Assembly (NCBI GenBank): GCA_035363095.1
Contig: DAOSEK010000001.1
Coordinates: 17,233-81,232 of the forward strand
Direction: 5' to 3'
From: Candidatus Woesearchaeota archaeon
Lineage (GTDB): Archaea > Nanobdellota > Nanobdellia > Woesearchaeales > UBA119
Length of the DNA stretch: 64,000 nt
Of the stretch, positions 59,416-64,000 are shown piece by piece; the first letter of the stretch is position 1; every line of letters begins with the position of its first letter. The translations under genes were made by a program, and so were the position numbers. Under the pieces are notes generated by a model that searched no databases, was not told where the DNA came from, and worked only from the letters and a program-made list of their open reading frames with translations.

Positions 59416-61794
59416 ATGGTATTAAATGAGTTTGATGGTCTGGATTTTTTTGTGGATTCTCTTTTTGGTAGCGATAGCTTTGTTAGGCAATATAATGATC
59501 TGATATTTAGGGATGAGATTAAGGGAGTGATACCTAGGATTTTTGATGATTTGAGGGGGAATGTTAGTTTTAATGATTTGCTTTTTAATGCGTATTGCGA
59601 TTTTGGGAATGATGCTATTTTTGAGGAGGCACTTGAAAAGTTTGGGAGTGATTATTCTTTTGATGAAGAGGTTGTTGGGGAGTTAAAGGAAGATAAATTT
59701 GATTTTAAAGAACAGGATAGGATTACTAATAAGAGCCAGTTGATGAGGCCTAAAAGGCTTTTGGGTTTTTATGCTAATGCAAGGGAAACAAATAGGCTTT
59801 ATTCTGAGATTAAGGACTTTAGAGAGGAAGAGATTATTTCTACTTTGAAAGAGATAAGGGATAAAGGGTTAAGCAGACCTTATCAGCTAAATCTGGATAT
59901 GATTAGGAATATGTATGGGCAGTTTGAGAAGGCTAAGATTGTTCTTGATTATATTGGGAAATCAATGAGTGGGAATAGTAAAGATTTTAACGATCTTAGG
60001 AAGAAGGCAGATTTTATATCCGATGAACTTTTAAAAAGGGATAGGGATTTTATAACTAAGGATTCGTTTGATATTGAAGATTATCTTGATTCTAACGATG
60101 GGATTGAGAATGTTGAAGGGATTTTAAGATACAAAAAAGAAAATGCTAGTATTGATAATTCTTTTTATAATCCTAAGAGAATTAAGGGGCTTGATTTTTT
60201 AGAGTTTTCTGAAAAAGATGAATTAAGAGAAGGAGAAAATTTTGAAGTTTTAAGTGAAAAAGAAATTGAACAGCTTAGCGATTCCTCTAGTCTATTCTTT
60301 AGTGGATTATTATATAGTAGCCTTGTACTCAATCTCAAATTAAAAATAGAGACAAACATGGCAAAACGACTTCTTGATTTCCGTGATTTTCCGTATCTGA
60401 TTACTCTTGAGGAGGTTTATGATTCAACTAAATCTTTTGATGGTGAGATTGATACATTAAGAGATATTTTGCGCGATATTGAGAATCTAAAGAGAAAAAA
60501 GCTTTCTGGCGAGTATAGTAATCTTGATTTTGATGAGAAAAGAGTTGAGGAATTTTCTAAATTATTAGATGAGATTGACAAGTTTAAGGAAAAATTCACG
60601 ACAACAAGCGAGTATAAGGAGCTTGACCTAAAAGAAGCCCTTAGTAAAAGATATGGGGATGGAAAGGGCTACTTATATTCTGTTCTATCAGGTCTTACGA
60701 ATCAATATGGCGAATTTTATTCGGGGATACTACAAGAAGTGCATAATTTTGAGGGACATATAAAACGTAAAGATACTAAAAATCTAATTCCTTCCGATAT
60801 TGATGGTAAAACCACTAAGCTTTTTGAAGAGCTCAAGGGGCATATAACACAATTAGAACCAAGCATTGGAAAGGCTGGTGAGATCTTTTCAGAAAGTGGC
60901 GCTTTTGGAACGCTTTATCATGATGTTGATAGGATGAAAGAGAGGATTTTGGGAAGCGCTAAGGAGAGTGAGGGTAATATTTCTGGAGATGATGGGGAAA
61001 ATAAAATCGAAGAAGAGACTAATTTGAGAGTAGTTGATAAGGTTAAACTTGAAAGGGTTTATGACATTTCTAGATATAAATGTAGGGATATTGGACAATA
61101 TGTTAAGGATGTTAGTAAGGTTTTGAAGGAGAAGCTAGGGGATGAATTTCCTGACAAGATTTCGGATATTTTTGATGTGAAAATATATGCTAAGGATGAT
61201 GACCCTAATAAGATTTCTGGAGAGGATAGATTGAAATGTGTTGAGGATAGGCTTAATGTGATTTTTAATCAGTATTTTAGCTTCCCCAGAGAAGGAAAGA
61301 ATCCTGATTATGAGATTTTGCCTTTGATAGATGAGACATTTAGCCATTTTTCTGAGAATAATAAAAAGGACAGGCACTTTGTTAAGGAGCTAAACAAAGC
61401 GGTTAAGGCAAGGGATATTTCTGTTCTTTCTTATGAATCTTTATTAAAGATTCAAAATGAGTTTTTTGGAGAGTATAGGGTTCCTGCGTTTGGGGGGCAC
61501 GATTTTACTTTAAGCCTATTTATGAATAAAAATGAATTAGATAGAGCAAATAAGGAACTATCAGATGTTCTTAAAATAGATAAGAACGCTGATTATGAGG
61601 GGTTTTATAATGAAAGGGGAGATGTTGCAAAGAGGAAAATAGAAGGGCTTTTTTGTGGCGATTATTACAAGGGCACTAAGGGAAAAACTATGGAAGAAGA
61701 GGGTTTAGAAGCAAAAGCAAAGGAGATTGGCAGATTATTTACTGATCCTAAAGATTTTTATAATTTAGAAATTAAGATTAAATCTTTAATATAG
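59416..61794 (+). CDS. Large acidic hypothetical protein (~792 aa from the first in-frame ATG)
   Basis: The long ORF is rich in D/E/K/F/Y with coiled-coil-like stretches. No catalytic motif was recognised. The track start at 59356 is TTG. Confidence 0.5.
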   Translation: MVLNEFDGLDFFVDSLFGSDSFVRQYNDLIFRDEIKGVIPRIFDDLRGNVSFNDLLFNAYCDFGNDAIFEEALEKFGSDYSFDEEVVGELKEDKFDFKEQDRITNKSQLMRPKRLLGFYANARETNRLYSEIKDFREEEIISTLKEIRDKGLSRPYQLNLDMIRNMYGQFEKAKIVLDYIGKSMSGNSKDFNDLRKKADFISDELLKRDRDFITKDSFDIEDYLDSNDGIENVEGILRYKKENASIDNSFYNPKRIKGLDFLEFSEKDELREGENFEVLSEKEIEQLSDSSSLFFSGLLYSSLVLNLKLKIETNMAKRLLDFRDFPYLITLEEVYDSTKSFDGEIDTLRDILRDIENLKRKKLSGEYSNLDFDEKRVEEFSKLLDEIDKFKEKFTTTSEYKELDLKEALSKRYGDGKGYLYSVLSGLTNQYGEFYSGILQEVHNFEGHIKRKDTKNLIPSDIDGKTTKLFEELKGHITQLEPSIGKAGEIFSESGAFGTLYHDVDRMKERILGSAKESEGNISGDDGENKIEEETNLRVVDKVKLERVYDISRYKCRDIGQYVKDVSKVLKEKLGDEFPDKISDIFDVKIYAKDDDPNKISGEDRLKCVEDRLNVIFNQYFSFPREGKNPDYEILPLIDETFSHFSENNKKDRHFVKELNKAVKARDISVLSYESLLKIQNEFFGEYRVPAFGGHDFTLSLFMNKNELDRANKELSDVLKIDKNADYEGFYNERGDVAKRKIEGLFCGDYYKGTKGKTMEEEGLEAKAKEIGRLFTDPKDFYNLEIKIKSLI

Positions 61795-61890
61795 TTTGTT
61801 AAAAAAATGTAATTTTTTGGTAGATGTACAATCAATTTCCAAACGTAAGTTTTGCTATTTTTTTCAACTAAAGGAGGAGTTCAATGCAAA

Positions 61891-63303
61891 TCACGCGAAC
61901 GTGTTCTTTTTAAAACACTCATCGTATGCATTTTTAAGATCTAAAATTCTCTTAGAAATAATGGCATTATTGCCCGTCTCTTGAATATAAAAGGCACTAT
62001 ATTGTTGCACAAGCCCACTCAATCTTCTCATCAAATCGGTATCATTTTTTTCAAGTGATTCTAATTTGACAAGCAAATTACTACAAAAAGGTATAAATTT
62101 TTTAATTGCGTCTGGCGTTACCTTTTTGGTTAAAATTTCTTTGATATTTGTGATTATTGAATCAATCATATTGATTTCGTCATTTGTTGCTTTAGAACTT
62201 CTTAGGGTCAATTCTTTAGTTAATCTAGACAACTGTTCTTGGTTTTTGTCAAAGGAAGTGTCTTTATCAATCATCTCTTTTAATTCATTGATTACATCGC
62301 TAAATGACCTGTTTTTCAAGGTAGATATAGGTGTTTTCATAGCACTAGCAACGTTTAAATTAAGCGTTCCCGCCAGTTCTATTAAATACTTTTCGAAACC
62401 ATTAATATCTGCCTTATAATCTTCGATTAAGTCATTTATTTTTATTAAGCCAGTTAAAGTATTTGTAATATCGGCATCTATCATTTTTTCGTTTTGAAAA
62501 TAAGCTTTTAGTTCTTCGGCTCTTTTAAGCATAGCATCCAAGGCATCTCTCGTACGAAAACTATTGACACTTGAATTCCTTATCACTTCCGAAAGTAGTG
62601 ATCTTAGAATCTTAATTAATTCTTCTTCCTTATACCCTGTTCTTGCTTTGGTACCAAGGATATTGTTTATACTTTGCAGATAAATACCTTCGTTTGTGGT
62701 GTCACTCATCTCCTTACCCCAGTGCTTACGAAGTTTGGTTATTCCTGAACTTCCGATATGCCCAAGGCCTGCTGCGCCCGTTCTAAAGGGATCGCCAAAG
62801 GCGGATTCACCAAACAACCAATTTGTGCCCCATACGATTATTACTATTACAAGCATCCAAAACCAAAATATCCCTGCAGTTGTGCCAAAGGCAACAAGTT
62901 CAACTACTGAAGGAACTAAAGGGGTTACAAACATTGCAAGCAAGGTAAAACCTATTGTAAAAACGGTCTTTGAGGTTTCAACACCTGATAAACCTCTTTC
63001 ACGTGCCTTAGAAAATGGAGGGACTATTCCAAAAATAATATCAAGTATAGGATATACTATCATAAACACCAAAACCAAAAGCCACCAAGGTGCAAGGACT
63101 GTAGTAATCTTACCTTGTATATAAATTGGAAACGGAACCTGAACCTTGAATGCCGAAGCTAGTTGAGAATTGAATTTTTGGCTTCCAAAGCCAAAGGTTG
63201 TAGTAGTCTGAAGATTGTCCCAACCACTTGTTTGAGAAAGTGCAAAATAGGGTAGCATTAAAGCTAAAAGAACTAAAAGTATGCATAAATACCTAAACTT
63301 CAT
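61891..63303 (-). CDS. Hypothetical membrane protein with a signal peptide, a conserved PWWLL TM module and a long C-terminal coiled-coil domain
   Basis: The N-terminus reads MKFRYLCILLVLLALMLPYFALSQTSGW...VPFPIYIQG...APWWLLVLVFMIVYPILDIIFGIVPPFSK. It is paralogous to the 63362-63820 protein. Confidence 0.55.
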   Translation of the reverse strand: MKFRYLCILLVLLALMLPYFALSQTSGWDNLQTTTTFGFGSQKFNSQLASAFKVQVPFPIYIQGKITTVLAPWWLLVLVFMIVYPILDIIFGIVPPFSKARERGLSGVETSKTVFTIGFTLLAMFVTPLVPSVVELVAFGTTAGIFWFWMLVIVIIVWGTNWLFGESAFGDPFRTGAAGLGHIGSSGITKLRKHWGKEMSDTTNEGIYLQSINNILGTKARTGYKEEELIKILRSLLSEVIRNSSVNSFRTRDALDAMLKRAEELKAYFQNEKMIDADITNTLTGLIKINDLIEDYKADINGFEKYLIELAGTLNLNVASAMKTPISTLKNRSFSDVINELKEMIDKDTSFDKNQEQLSRLTKELTLRSSKATNDEINMIDSIITNIKEILTKKVTPDAIKKFIPFCSNLLVKLESLEKNDTDLMRRLSGLVQQYSAFYIQETGNNAIISKRILDLKNAYDECFKKNTFA

Positions 63304-63361
63304 TTGCTTTCCACCAAAACTAAATCAACACTTTGAAAATTGTATATAAATAACTTTCGTT

Positions 63362-63820
63362 TTAAAACCTATATCTATGTTCCCTTTTATCAAACATGGT
63401 CATCATAAGCCAAAGGAATATAACAACAATCAGTATATAAATCCACCATTTAACAATAAGCACACCTGTTGATATTGCATGCAAAAGATTTGGTATTAAA
63501 GGTGAAGCGAACATAGAAAGCAACGTAAGACCAAGTGAAAAAACAATCTTTGAATTATCATTTGGGCTTTTTGAAAAAGGCGGGACCATGCCAACTAAGA
63601 TTTCAAGCAAAGGAAAAACCACCATAAACACAAGTAACAACAGCCACCAAGGAGTTCCTAGTAAAACAAGCCTTCCAGAGCTATAAACTGGGAAGGGCAC
63701 TGACACAGAAATAAGGCCTTTAGAATCCGAAGAAATCCCATTAAAACCACCGGTTTGTGCTACACCTAAGGATATTACTACAATAAAAAAAATAGTAGCA
63801 AGGATTATTAACCTTTTCAT
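63362..63820 (-). CDS. Hypothetical small membrane protein, a paralog of the N-terminal module of the 61891-63303 protein
   Basis: It shares the ...QTGGF...VPFPVYSSG...TPWWLLLLVFMVVFPLLEILVGMVPPFSK block. An aaggagg Shine-Dalgarno site lies ~8 nt upstream. Confidence 0.55.
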   Translation of the reverse strand: MKRLIILATIFFIVVISLGVAQTGGFNGISSDSKGLISVSVPFPVYSSGRLVLLGTPWWLLLLVFMVVFPLLEILVGMVPPFSKSPNDNSKIVFSLGLTLLSMFASPLIPNLLHAISTGVLIVKWWIYILIVVIFLWLMMTMFDKREHRYRF

Positions 63821-64000
63821 TTACATATAACCTCCTTTATGGAGAAGACCATTGAGTATATTTGGAAGCTTTTTTGTGATAAACCAAACAGAAAGTATAA
63901 GTACAACTATTAGAAATACCCCGTACTCTAATTCTATTGCTGCGAAAAACAAAGCACTTAATACCATTAATAGTTTTGTCATCATCAAAACAAGCAAGCT
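63821..64000 (-). CDS. Partial ORF for a small hydrophobic protein (5' end outside window)
   Basis: Minus-strand translation gives ...MMTKLLMVLSALFFAAIELEYGVFLIVVLILSVWFITKKLPNILNGLLHKGGYM*. The stop abuts the start of the next gene. Confidence 0.4.
   Translation of the reverse strand, partial: SLLVLMMTKLLMVLSALFFAAIELEYGVFLIVVLILSVWFITKKLPNILNGLLHKGGYM

Overview
This is an AT-rich archaeal chromosomal segment that looks DPANN-like. The archaeal assignment rests on a 16S-tRNA(Ala)-23S rRNA operon on the minus strand, an LSm-L37e operon, the eukaryote/archaeal-type ribosomal protein S3Ae, RNA polymerase subunit L, archaeal L11, a membrane LonB protease, a FlaI/FlaJ-type type IV pilus assembly pair and a form III RuBisCO.

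Other protein-coding content:
- a three-gene hydC-hydB-hydA operon for a trimeric, NuoE/NuoF-linked [FeFe]-hydrogenase, which is uncommon in Archaea;
- GcvH, a DHH phosphoesterase, a HemK/Mtq2-like methyltransferase and a YchF/OLA1-type GTPase;
- a radical SAM protein, an S-layer-like secreted protein and a nucleotidyltransferase-HAD fusion;
- an HD-domain protein, oligoendopeptidase F and an APC permease.

Between about 41.4 kb and 54.3 kb sits a compositionally distinct block that may have been acquired. It holds three AspRS/AsnRS-class paralogs, a type I L-asparaginase, tRNA-Asn, AspRS-GatC-GatA-GatB, glutamine synthetase and an Lrp regulator. The block is bounded by a decayed IS630-family element and an IS200/IS605 tnpA pseudogene.

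Four tRNAs are present: Ala-TGC, Leu-TAG, Val-TAC and Asn-GTT.

The feature least explained by genes is a modular, hairpin-rich intergenic repeat family (modules A, B and C, nested in a fixed arrangement) found at nine or more loci. There are also 17-bp and 67-69-bp tandem repeat arrays.

All calls are made by eye from the sequence and the supplied ORF track. No searches were run.
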